Shown here one piece after another: positions 8,401 through 17,020 of a stretch of 26,152 nucleotides of DNA. A program made the position numbers and the translations under genes. The first letter of the stretch is position 1, and each line of letters opens with the position of its first letter. The stretch comes from Polyangiaceae bacterium (GTDB taxonomy: Bacteria; Myxococcota_A; Polyangia; Polyangiales; Polyangiaceae): positions 1 through 26,152 of the forward strand of contig JANRKO010000012.1 of the NCBI GenBank assembly GCA_033763455.1, given 5' to 3'. The notes below the pieces were generated by a model. It did not search any database and was not told the DNA's origin. It saw only the letters and a list, made by a program, of their open reading frames with translations.

Positions 8401-10324
8401 AGTTGCGGGCAAAGTCACCATTTTGGATGCTCTAGCGCGACTGGAGATGGAACGATGTGGGCTCGCAGCGGATGCCCATTTGGTACTGCTTGGTAAAGAT
8501 TTTTTGCCGACAATAATAGGAGCGGACGCGGCCAATGACCTCAACAACGCAGACACCCCCGCCGATGCACGGAAAAAATGTGAGGACGGTGTTGCCGAGT
8601 TCAGTCGACTTGTAAATAGAGCCCAAAAAGCCCTCCGCGATGCGCAAGAACTGATCCGACAGGAGAAAGAGCTCGTCGCGAGCGGTAGACGCCTGTCGCC
8701 CGATCTTTGCCAGAAGCTCATTGGCGACGGCAAGGCGCTCCCACCTAATTTCCCCAGCGAGACGGCGCCGTTCACCGGTTGTAACCAAATATCCCCCGAG
8801 GACACGATCAACCTGTTCGTTCGCTATTACAAGCGTGAGGTTGGGCGCCTCATTACCGGCCAGGCCACGCTGCTTAAGGATGCCGCGCCAACTTTTCCGG
8901 AGCTGGCGATTCAGTTTGGGCAAGGGCTCCATAAGGAGTCCACCCAGGTTGGTCACTTCGTGTTCGCGATAGGGCCGATCCCAATGGACCTCACGATTGA
9001 CGTCTATATGGAGTTTGGCGTGACGGGGGCTCTCACGTTCTCGTTGACCCCGCAGGCTCTCTTGAATTCGTATTTTAACGGAGAAGCCGAATCCATTGCT
9101 GATGTGGATGCTTCATTCACGCCCAGCGCAAGCTCTGGGGTCACCGTGTTCCTGGGCGCCGGCTTCGATTTTGGTGCAGTGAGCGCCAAGGTGGGTCTCT
9201 CGGGTGACGTGAGTCTGGGTGAGGTCCAGGTTCCGGTTTACGCAGGCGCCGGCCTCAGCGTGCAACCAGAGGTGGATGCACGGCCGCTCCCAAGTGATCT
9301 TACGGATAAGATCAGTTCCGCCGAGCTCATTTTTCCCCCGGGCGTTCCGAAGAAGTATCGGCTGGACGCGCACTATAAATTGGGTGCTTCTGCAATCATC
9401 GACAAGGTTCTGCAAGGGGAGCTCGATGCCAGGTTGCGGATCAAGTTTGCTTTTTTCAGCAAGACTTGGAGTAAGCGCATAACGAAGTTTGATTCGCCAT
9501 TTCACATCGACCCCATCACCCTGATCGGCGACGGGAGTAGCCTCGGGCCCGCAATCGATTTCAGCCCCCTCGCTTCGATTCGGATGCCTCTGCCGTTCGT
9601 AGATTTCGAAGAGCTCCCCACCCCACCCCCACTTCCCCCGCTTCCTCCACCTCCGCCTCCCCCCGGTTCAGGCGGAAGTACGGGCGCTGGCGGAGCCACC
9701 AGCAGTGGCGGAGGCACGAGCAGCGGTGGCGGTTCTGTCAGTACGGGCGGGCGCCCTCCCGTAAGCCTGCAAGTTAGCGGTGACCCTCGTTACGTCAATT
9801 TCAGCACGGCTCAGGTGGGGCAGCTCTTCTACAACGGTTACTGCGAGTGCAGCGCGGCGGGCCAGAGTTGCGGCTCTGGGAGCGACTGCTGCGGAGGTAA
9901 TCTGTGTGTGCTGGATGATAGTCTCGCCACACCTGCAAAATCGTGCGCGGCCTGCGTGAAGCAAACGTCAACTTCTGTGGGTAAAGGGCAGCAATGCACG
10001 CAGACGTCGGAGTGTTGTCAGGGTGATCCTCAGGGGCGGCCCGTGCTTTGTTATCAATTTAGCTTCAGCGGTGGCCCCAAGTATTGCCAAGCCTGTCGCG
10101 GCCAGGATGAACCTATGGCGAATCCGGGTGGCGACGGGTCAGAGTGCTGCGCGGGGCTAACGAAGTTTGTTGGGCCGGGGTCGGAGGCGAATATTCCCGT
10201 GTGCAGTACTCCCAAGAGAGCGATTGGGCAGAGCTGCAATGTGACAGACGATTGCGTGGAGGTTGCAAACGTCTATTGCGATCCGGGCAGCAGGAGGTGC
10301 GCACTTGCGCCAATAATCAGATGA
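5417..10324 (+). CDS. Large multidomain lipoprotein adhesin B2: FGY-N/GQP domain, beta-helix-like region, TSP3 repeats, C-type lectin, Cys-rich region, beta-sheet domain, Pro/Gly linker, Cys-rich tail
   Basis: Lipobox ILGA-C. DTDGDTIDD and DSDGDGTPDCLDACP are TSP3-like. CTL motifs YWFC...TWDEA..LC, WLGG, W..G.P, C..L...G.WSD..C and FVCE lie at ~6950-7340. Start is 5411 (TTG) or 5417 (ATG) by alignment with B1. Confidence 0.88.
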   Translation: MSRVRLLILVVSWAGLILGACSSPPEPSNHVAQGVSLTEGQKKLAPVLECVRPIPQGFAAQFGYENTSGTVQDLVVGPNNGFGLPEPEDDQGQPIRFAPGRQRNVFQVPFVTSLTWTLGQATATASATSAPCGSSLPPPRETFEFHVPQGVALESIVVGQEENLLLQSDSRVLPATAKFFTTAFGTITLQSRVQLGSLVGKGAVTIGRSSVVAGNVRSETPPQRLSGAVVQGTTTVGPVVPNKVSFGLEKRLGGGGYVGVTSAKPVTLPPGSYGNVEVLSNGALTLQAGRYYFGYFRIAATGTVNVLPGGGSTTIMVDHVFKAPGKFTQPEAAKGRVLVLVGSQADEAEAVVGGEFAATLIAPYTDAQVLAKAKVTGGIFSNALLVGTSATINFRPFEWAGLLGHLTDTDGDTIDDRHDACVLNPSKSSPLLCGCAKTEADSDGDGTPDCLDACPRDPNNTVPGTCGCANEKSLQPAGTPCVVEACSASRQEATCNSQGQCGVPNCAPVAGGSCTFKTFRDSLYWFCSGAKTWDEANTLCNAEPGRALAKVNDRIENLWISGVRKQPTWLGGNARTNPDEWNWATNGAPSGVPFWVRGLPVPGRFENWSPGRPQFEACLTLAADGTWSDAPCAEARGFVCEQPLRNLGPSLPPLDKCKFYPGVACGEKGPTLPDESTCVEPAVAQLPNSLAEMRDAAAACFASCPIEGGPGCGACSGFAAPPPIGPGCDPFSTQEIALCRLTSVDPIAKCSLQNPACPPGLRCGIWSECAALDQAFKPRACATDAECGAGQSCGTALGLCIDPGAHEVCDYKDGERCVGICSSSFACGQTDPQCAGNPDGANVLRCSDTLLCSDPAPPVNTDPRTDPQSNLTPQIFTPDTYFPKPVEAPSEYTPAKPPGCGGVGEPACAFEVGTHPWCKYKVAAEEKPPPRAVSDKDPAFGDKKGSSGSLGPISFDFDPNLELTHDVDPLPLGDAKFKVGAQASASAAVGFKLFGVAGKVTILDALARLEMERCGLAADAHLVLLGKDFLPTIIGADAANDLNNADTPADARKKCEDGVAEFSRLVNRAQKALRDAQELIRQEKELVASGRRLSPDLCQKLIGDGKALPPNFPSETAPFTGCNQISPEDTINLFVRYYKREVGRLITGQATLLKDAAPTFPELAIQFGQGLHKESTQVGHFVFAIGPIPMDLTIDVYMEFGVTGALTFSLTPQALLNSYFNGEAESIADVDASFTPSASSGVTVFLGAGFDFGAVSAKVGLSGDVSLGEVQVPVYAGAGLSVQPEVDARPLPSDLTDKISSAELIFPPGVPKKYRLDAHYKLGASAIIDKVLQGELDARLRIKFAFFSKTWSKRITKFDSPFHIDPITLIGDGSSLGPAIDFSPLASIRMPLPFVDFEELPTPPPLPPLPPPPPPPGSGGSTGAGGATSSGGGTSSGGGSVSTGGRPPVSLQVSGDPRYVNFSTAQVGQLFYNGYCECSAAGQSCGSGSDCCGGNLCVLDDSLATPAKSCAACVKQTSTSVGKGQQCTQTSECCQGDPQGRPVLCYQFSFSGGPKYCQACRGQDEPMANPGGDGSECCAGLTKFVGPGSEANIPVCSTPKRAIGQSCNVTDDCVEVANVYCDPGSRRCALAPIIR

Positions 10325-11559
10325 AGTACGCAGAGATCCATGCGCGGAAAGGGAAACCGATGAAAGGCAAATCGGCGGGTCAATCATTGGGGCTAGTATT
10401 CGTGGCAGCGGTGGCAAGCGCCTGTGGCACTAACGCCAGCACCAGCCCCAGTTCATCGTCGCCTGTCGTGCCAGCTGGAGGCAATGGCGGTGCACTGTGG
10501 TCGTTGACAGGCGGTGGCGGGAGCGGTGGTGGTAGTGGTGGTAGTGGTGGTAGTGGTGGCAGCCCCCTCAGCCCGCCTTCTATTGGTGGAAGGGCCGGCA
10601 CGAGCAGCGGTGGAATGGCGGGGGCTCCATCCGAACCGAAGCTTGAACCGCGTGCTCTAGTTGTCACGCTTGAAGGTGGATGCGCATTGGACGCGCTGGG
10701 CGCCATTCAGTGCTGGGGCTATGGTGGGAAGCCATTGGACAACATTCCAAGTGGCAAGTTTTTAGGTCTCGTGAATTACCCTGGGCTCATTTGTGGCACC
10801 CGTGACGATCGAACCTTGCAGTGCTTTTACGAGCCTGGTTACGGCGCGTACTTGTTGCCCACAGGACCGATTGAAGGCGTGTCGGAGGTGGCACTGGGCC
10901 CACACCAAGGTTACACTCTCGACGAGAGTGGGAAAGTGGGGTTGGTTTTTCCACAAAAGGGGGTGTCTCCTCCGGATAGCGAAAGGTTAGCTGCCATTGC
11001 AGCGGGTACGTGGGTTGGCTGCGGGATACGTCGTGTTGATCGGACAATCGTTTGCTGGGGGGATCCAGGGAGCGGGTGTGATCTAGCCATGGGTTACTTC
11101 GACGCTGGTCAACTGGCCGCGCCGGCTGGGGAATTTTCTGAGATTAGCAGTTACAGCTACACTTCGTGTGCCATTCGTTCAACCGGAGAGTTAGCATGTT
11201 GGGGTGCCGGTAAGGGTCCAAATGCAACGAAAGTGCACCCCTGTGATGGGGTCATCATCACCACTGAGGCCCTACCACCGCCCGGAAAGTTCAAGCAGGT
11301 TGCGATGGGATATTCGTACGGCTGCGCGGTAGCTGAGGACGGGCACGTAGAATGTTGGGGAAACGGGACCGCAGACACCTGTGAAGCTGGGTCGGTGGAG
11401 TGCCGACAAGCACTGCCTCCCGCGGGTACTTTCGAGCAAGTCGCTGTTAGCACCTTTCACTCGTGCGCCATGACGGCCAATCGGAAGATAACCTGTTGGG
11501 GCTATCCTGGTCCCAACGGCGGCGATGGTAGGCTTGTGCCGCCGGCGGAGTTTCAATGA
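10321..11559 (+). CDS. RCC1/BLIP-II-like beta-propeller lipoprotein
   Basis: ATGA overlap with the B2 stop (alternative ATG 10360); lipobox VASA-C; five CWG repeats (IQCWG, IVCWG, LACWG, VECWG, ITCWG) with C-A/G-I motifs. Confidence 0.85.
   Translation: MKYAEIHARKGKPMKGKSAGQSLGLVFVAAVASACGTNASTSPSSSSPVVPAGGNGGALWSLTGGGGSGGGSGGSGGSGGSPLSPPSIGGRAGTSSGGMAGAPSEPKLEPRALVVTLEGGCALDALGAIQCWGYGGKPLDNIPSGKFLGLVNYPGLICGTRDDRTLQCFYEPGYGAYLLPTGPIEGVSEVALGPHQGYTLDESGKVGLVFPQKGVSPPDSERLAAIAAGTWVGCGIRRVDRTIVCWGDPGSGCDLAMGYFDAGQLAAPAGEFSEISSYSYTSCAIRSTGELACWGAGKGPNATKVHPCDGVIITTEALPPPGKFKQVAMGYSYGCAVAEDGHVECWGNGTADTCEAGSVECRQALPPAGTFEQVAVSTFHSCAMTANRKITCWGYPGPNGGDGRLVPPAEFQ
10528..10559 (+). repeat. 9-bp tandem repeat (GGTGGTAGT)x3 encoding a GGS linker
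   Basis: Directly visible in the sequence. Confidence 0.8.
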
Positions 11560-11728
11560 TGGCGATAGGAATGTCGCTGTGTTGTGAGCCTGGTTCTGCG
11601 GTCCGGGACTCGGCGCTCGGTTGCAATTTGTCCCAGGGCCTGAGAACCCGGGAGGGAAGGTTCTACCGTTTTCGGACGCACGTCGGCTACTCGATGCGGG
11701 CAAATAACTTTGCAGGGAGTTCAGGCCC

Positions 11729-12196
11729 ATGGCACTAGCAAAGTATTGGTTGGTCGCTGTGGCAGGCCTGGGCGCGGCAGGAATCTGTGTGGGGATATTG
11801 GCCTGGCGCGAAAGTCAGAGGTGTGACGATTCGGTTCGCATTGCGTTTGACTCGGAGGAAGGGAGCAACACCTTTCGCGTTGAGACAAACGGTTTCGCAT
11901 CCGAATGCACCTACGCGATGCGAGTGTCTGACCCCATTTTCGCGCGAAAGAGTGTCAAGTGCAAGCCACCCGGTCGGACACAGACTATCTGGGAGGGCGC
12001 GATATTGAGGGGCGTGTCCATCCCCTATCGCGATGGTCCTGTCCTTTTGTCCGTGCAGCAAAACTCAACGCGGGTTCGTCGGAAGGGTCAGTACATACCG
12101 ATGTGCACGCGCGATCAGGGAAATCCCTGTACCAGCTGCTTTGTCGATGCACGCATTTCCGGAGCCCTCAAGGTTACAAGCGAAGGGAAAGAATAA
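11729..12196 (+). CDS. Hypothetical protein with N-terminal signal/TM anchor and Cys-containing exported domain
   Basis: GGGAG upstream, hydrophobic N-terminus, ends 3 nt before the next gene. Confidence 0.65.
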   Translation: MALAKYWLVAVAGLGAAGICVGILAWRESQRCDDSVRIAFDSEEGSNTFRVETNGFASECTYAMRVSDPIFARKSVKCKPPGRTQTIWEGAILRGVSIPYRDGPVLLSVQQNSTRVRRKGQYIPMCTRDQGNPCTSCFVDARISGALKVTSEGKE

Positions 12197-12199
12197 GGC

Positions 12200-15100
12200 A
12201 TGAAACCGCTCAACCAGCTCCTGCTTGCTTCTATCGTATTCGGCTGTTCGAACGTCCCTGAGAACGCCGATAAGAAGGCGCAGCCAATTATTAACGGCGA
12301 TATTCTGAGCTCGGCCCAGGTCGCCGATTCTCCGACGGTGCTGTACGGGTCCGCGCAGGACCCGCAGAGAGCCTATGGGTCGGGCATTCGCATAGGCAAG
12401 AATATGGTCTTGACGGCCGGCCACGTCGCGTGGACGGGGGACTTTCGAGTCTTAGTCGATGGTAAGCCGTCTGTTCTGTCGGGCTTGAGCGAAGTTCGGG
12501 TGCGGAGCGGAGGGAAGGTTGGAGGCACCCGAATCAAAGGATTTCCTCGTTTCTATCCGAACTACGGATACGTGTGGCCCGAACCCCGTAACGGTACCGG
12601 CGTGGACCTCGCCCTTGTTTTCGTAGAAGATCCAAGCCAATTGACTGGTGTGCCGATCGATTTGAAGGATCTTGGTTGCACGAAGCCCACTAAGCTTCTG
12701 TGTGAGTCATCTATTCGGCATCACGTCGTGCCGGGGCCCGCTAATGGTAACAACCAGGCATCCCCGGAGTTCGGAGTCTTGAACCGTGCCATCTTCCGGA
12801 CGGACTCAAGCCCGGTAGCCACACCGTGGCTACTTCCTACGGTCATCAATCGACCGATTTTTGGCATCTTTGGCGAGTACCAAACATTGTTTGAGGGAGA
12901 CTCTGGCGCAGGATGTCTCGATGCCGAGTCCGACAGGTTGGCTGGGATCGTGAGCAATGCGGGAAACAACGACTCCACCACAGACGTGAGAATGAGTACT
13001 GGTGACGTCGTCTGGCTTGGGTACGGCGATATCTGCCAGTGGATACACGACGCAAGCGACCCCAGCACGGTGGCAATCCAGCAGGCACACCTCGACGGGG
13101 ACCGGCAGAAGGACACACTCCTACTGTCCCACACAGGGGGAGACGATTTCTCGTTCCGCATCCGGAGGACGAGGCTGGCCGAGCAGACTTTCTCTGTAAA
13201 AATCAAACTGCCCGGAACACGGAACATTCACGCCGTAGCAATGGGAAACTACAATGGGAAGGGGCAGAGCCTTGCCTTGTTGGACAATGGATCCATCATG
13301 TTCGCTGGGCTTGAAGACCCCAAGCAAAGCTCTATTGTCCCACCGGTATCCTCGTTGGTAGGTTACCGGCCGCCGAACAACTACTACCAAATTTGGAAAG
13401 CCGACGTGAACGGTGATCGGTTCGACGACCTTGTAGCCGGACGTCGAGACAGCAGAGTGGACGTCTTTTTAGGCAGCGCGGATGGCCTCGCTTACTCACC
13501 AAGCGTATCAGATTTCACGTTTACGTTGCTTCGCCTGGACGGAGACACATTACCCGATCTCCTTTGGACAAAGGACGGCGACATCAACGTTGCTACTAGC
13601 CTGGGAGGGACTTGCGCCGACATCACGCTTTGCCCACGCCATTCCAAGGTCACCATCCCCGGTGGCATTTCTTTGCAGATAACGAAGCCTGGGCGCTTCC
13701 GGCGGTTTTCCGGAGATGATGCTGGGGTGGAAGACATCGCCTCCATCGGAGATGGCTACGTCATCTGGTGCAAGTCAACGCTGGCTGGGGTTGAATGTGT
13801 CTCGTCCTTGGATGGTCCCCCCACGCGTAAAGCGACCGACCTTGATGTTACTGATTTCGATCGCGACGGACTCGACGACATCCGAGTTTCATACGCGAAC
13901 GGAGAGCAAAAAACCTTTTTGTCATCCGACACCGGCTTCAAGCCGAGGGCGGGGATCGGAAAGCCGAAGATTAAGGTCATACCAGCCGACCTCGACGCCG
14001 ATGGGCGGTCCGACGCCGTCGCGCTCGACAATAACAACGGGCGCGTTTCGCTACAGATTCGCTTGAATGGATCGACGCCGTTTGAGCTTCCCGAGTTTCT
14101 CACTGCCATCCCTTACGTGGCGCCCGTTGCACTGCTCGCCGGAAACTTCAACGGTGATGCGAATGCTGCAACGGCCGCCTCCGCGACCGCCCAAGTCGCT
14201 CCGGGTATCCCGATCGAGGACATAGCAATCTTGAGCGGCGGCAAGGTTTATGCGCTTATCTCGGACGGCCACGGCTCCCTTGTCCCCAATTCTCTCGATG
14301 GCCCCGGAAATGCTACTTCGCTTCGAGTCAATGACGTCAACGGCGACGGCTTCGACGACCTCGAAGCCACCCAATCCGACGGTTCGGTCACTGTATACAC
14401 CGGCGTGTCTGATCCAACTCAGGGTCTCAGCCCACTGAGCACCAACTTCACCGGCCTTCCCACCGCCGAAAGCAACGACGGCAAGATGCTGGTGTTGAGT
14501 GGTCAGGGTGCTGACACAGTCGGATCGAGCGAAGCTCGACTCAAGATAACGGTGGGCCCCGAAGAAACCGCGGCCCTCGATCGACTGGTTGTGCAGGTAT
14601 TCGACGGCGACAATGGCGGCCTTCACCAGTTTGACAAGGAAACAAACGTCCTAAAAACCTGTTACCAATTAAGCGCCGATCCCTGCGGGGATGGAGGCAG
14701 TGGCAACTGTAACGGTGGTACGCGCCCCCGGGTGCTGCTCAAGACTGTGAGCAGCGATGAGCTGCACGATGACGTTTGGGATGCCATCTTCGACGGCCCA
14801 CACCCCGTATCCGCGTCGCTCACAGGTAATGGGCAGGCCCCCTTCACGTACGAGCTTCACGTGTTTATGTCGGAGACCTGCAACACGTTGCCCGACCCAA
14901 CCAAGACGCTGAAGGTTGCCACAGCGGATGCTTTTAAGGTGCGTGCCAACGGTATGGTGAGCCACCCGCTCGGCGAATTTTCGTTTATTGGGTCCGATTC
15001 TGATGGCCCAGACGGCGTCCCCGACCTGCCCTACATGCGAGATACTGAATACAATGGCGTCTTCGAACTGCCGATTGCCGTTGGCCCAGGAGCGACGGAA

Positions 15101-17020
15101 ATCCAGTTGAAGGAAACGGATGCTGACTCGCTCTCGGACTCCACCCCCGGTGTATCGTTGGGTGCGACGCAAGCCATTCAATATCGATTGATCAAGCCCA
15201 CGGGGGAAGCAGCGGCGGTAGTTGGTGCGGAGGACACGGCACCCGCAGATGTCGTGCCGAATCCGTCCGGCAACAATGACGGTATCCAGGATAAAGACGT
15301 CGAAACCAGGATCCACCAGATCGTTGGAAGCGGAGAAGGTATTTGGACTTGGCGTTGGGAGGGCGTTAAGGCGTCCAATGCGGTACACGTTTTCGCCCCA
15401 TTTGGCTCACCGACAACCCATGAGATCCTGGGAGCTCGCCGTCACCGACCGACTGCGACTACAGTTCAGTTACCAGAGTATTGGAGCGGGAACTCAGCTG
15501 AACTCGCCAAGGCACTTCCCCTGGAATTGGGCGAAACCGGTGGGAGTATCAAGATCAGCACGCTGGGAGACGCGCAGAACATTTTTGCTAACGCGAGTGG
15601 TGCCCTGTTTGGCGAGCTTGAGCGCCAGCTACTGGTAGCCAAGCTGAATCAAGCGAGGAGCCAGGCTCAGGGCGAAACGATCGGAGGTGCCCTAGTGTAC
15701 GGAACCACCATTCCAGTGCGTACGGTGCTTGCTGCGGCGGACGCAACGTTGGCGGGTCGAGCCACGCTTCCGGGCCTCACCTCGGAAAGGCTGGTTCAGC
15801 TGTTGAGTTCAGTGAATCTTGGTGAAATCACCTATCGCCAACCCGGAGTGCCATTCCCCGAGGAGCCGATGGCGGATGATGATGGGGATGGGCTGGCCAA
15901 CATGAAGGACAATTGCCCGAGCGTTGCGAACGCAGATCAAGCTGATTCGAACGGCGATCAGGTGGGGGACGCTTGCAACGTTACGGTTACTGGAAGTTGC
16001 GTCCTGGAGCGTCCGGATGGTCAGCTGAGTGCGTTTTTTGGGTACAACAATCCGCTGTCGTTCCGCAGTATTCCTGTAGGCACGCACAACCAAGTTGGGG
16101 GTGAGCCCACGGGGCTCGGCTTGCTCGATTGGGGCCAGCCGACGACGTTCGAAGGCGGCATAGTTGCTGGGGCCTTCACCCGACCGTTGACTGCCGGCGA
16201 GGTGGTTTCGTGGAGCGTGGAAGGTCAAACGGCTACGGCGAGCCTGGGCGCATCACCTGCGTGTGGAGGACGGGAGCTCACCGATGTTGCGTTCGCACGC
16301 AATGTGGCGGTGTTTGGTGCCGAGTCGTTAACTCTGGGCGACCGCGTGAGCGTGGTCGCGAGCGGGGACATGGCGACCCTCGTGAGCGGGGGAGACATGG
16401 TGTTGGGTGCCAACGTGAGCGTCGGGAACGTCATGGCGAGAGGCCGTGCGAACGTTGGGGCAGGCAGCGCCGTGCTTGGGTCTGCGGTCACGGGCCAAGC
16501 ACTCACTCTGGGCGGAGGTGCCGTGGTAGCTGGGGCGGACGTGCGGAGTGTATTGCCACAACACGCGTTTGGCTGGCGAGTCGCCTTCAACGCGACAACG
16601 CTTGGAGATGTCGATGTTCAAGCTGGGCAGAGCCGAGTGCTTCCGCCTGGCAACTACGGCAAGGTGAACGTCCGGCCGGGCGCGCGCCTCAGCTTGCAGA
16701 TCGGAAATTACCAGTTTGGAAGTCTGTTGGTCGACAAGCAAGGCACGCTTGCCGCAGGCGACGGAGCAGTGACGGTGCACGTCGCCACGAGCCTCGACCA
16801 CCGCGGCTCCACTTCGGTGCAGGCTCACTCCGATCTAACGCTCGGCTACCTTGGCTCGGAGCCGGCAAAGGTCAACGCTTCGTTCACTGGTGCCGTTGTC
16901 GTACCGAATGCGGAATTGGCGCTAGGTGCCACCCCGAATGCGGTGTATCGAGGTTCATTTTTTGCGAAGAGCCTCACGGTGGGCCCGGGTACTTTGCTCG
17001 AATTCGCGCGCCCCAGGTGA
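12200..17020 (+). CDS. Lipoprotein: S1 (trypsin-fold) serine protease + FG-GAP repeats + TSP3 + FGY-N/GQP domain + C-terminal beta-helix-like domain
   Basis: Lipobox VFG-C; AQP|IING activation site; VLTAGH, DLALV and GDSGAG triad motifs; repeated D.NGD..DDL motifs; DDDGDGLANMKDNCPSVANADQADSNGDQVGDAC (TSP3). Confidence 0.9.
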   Translation: MKPLNQLLLASIVFGCSNVPENADKKAQPIINGDILSSAQVADSPTVLYGSAQDPQRAYGSGIRIGKNMVLTAGHVAWTGDFRVLVDGKPSVLSGLSEVRVRSGGKVGGTRIKGFPRFYPNYGYVWPEPRNGTGVDLALVFVEDPSQLTGVPIDLKDLGCTKPTKLLCESSIRHHVVPGPANGNNQASPEFGVLNRAIFRTDSSPVATPWLLPTVINRPIFGIFGEYQTLFEGDSGAGCLDAESDRLAGIVSNAGNNDSTTDVRMSTGDVVWLGYGDICQWIHDASDPSTVAIQQAHLDGDRQKDTLLLSHTGGDDFSFRIRRTRLAEQTFSVKIKLPGTRNIHAVAMGNYNGKGQSLALLDNGSIMFAGLEDPKQSSIVPPVSSLVGYRPPNNYYQIWKADVNGDRFDDLVAGRRDSRVDVFLGSADGLAYSPSVSDFTFTLLRLDGDTLPDLLWTKDGDINVATSLGGTCADITLCPRHSKVTIPGGISLQITKPGRFRRFSGDDAGVEDIASIGDGYVIWCKSTLAGVECVSSLDGPPTRKATDLDVTDFDRDGLDDIRVSYANGEQKTFLSSDTGFKPRAGIGKPKIKVIPADLDADGRSDAVALDNNNGRVSLQIRLNGSTPFELPEFLTAIPYVAPVALLAGNFNGDANAATAASATAQVAPGIPIEDIAILSGGKVYALISDGHGSLVPNSLDGPGNATSLRVNDVNGDGFDDLEATQSDGSVTVYTGVSDPTQGLSPLSTNFTGLPTAESNDGKMLVLSGQGADTVGSSEARLKITVGPEETAALDRLVVQVFDGDNGGLHQFDKETNVLKTCYQLSADPCGDGGSGNCNGGTRPRVLLKTVSSDELHDDVWDAIFDGPHPVSASLTGNGQAPFTYELHVFMSETCNTLPDPTKTLKVATADAFKVRANGMVSHPLGEFSFIGSDSDGPDGVPDLPYMRDTEYNGVFELPIAVGPGATEIQLKETDADSLSDSTPGVSLGATQAIQYRLIKPTGEAAAVVGAEDTAPADVVPNPSGNNDGIQDKDVETRIHQIVGSGEGIWTWRWEGVKASNAVHVFAPFGSPTTHEILGARRHRPTATTVQLPEYWSGNSAELAKALPLELGETGGSIKISTLGDAQNIFANASGALFGELERQLLVAKLNQARSQAQGETIGGALVYGTTIPVRTVLAAADATLAGRATLPGLTSERLVQLLSSVNLGEITYRQPGVPFPEEPMADDDGDGLANMKDNCPSVANADQADSNGDQVGDACNVTVTGSCVLERPDGQLSAFFGYNNPLSFRSIPVGTHNQVGGEPTGLGLLDWGQPTTFEGGIVAGAFTRPLTAGEVVSWSVEGQTATASLGASPACGGRELTDVAFARNVAVFGAESLTLGDRVSVVASGDMATLVSGGDMVLGANVSVGNVMARGRANVGAGSAVLGSAVTGQALTLGGGAVVAGADVRSVLPQHAFGWRVAFNATTLGDVDVQAGQSRVLPPGNYGKVNVRPGARLSLQIGNYQFGSLLVDKQGTLAAGDGAVTVHVATSLDHRGSTSVQAHSDLTLGYLGSEPAKVNASFTGAVVVPNAELALGATPNAVYRGSFFAKSLTVGPGTLLEFARPR

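Noticed and set aside
11556..11738. 60-aa ORF bridging the RCC1 gene and the next gene
   Set aside because: No recognisable features or SD; likely intergenic.
16129..17016. N-terminal 296-aa extension of the metalloprotease ORF
   Set aside because: Overlaps the protease gene out of frame and is Arg-rich; the signal peptide begins at 17017/17026.
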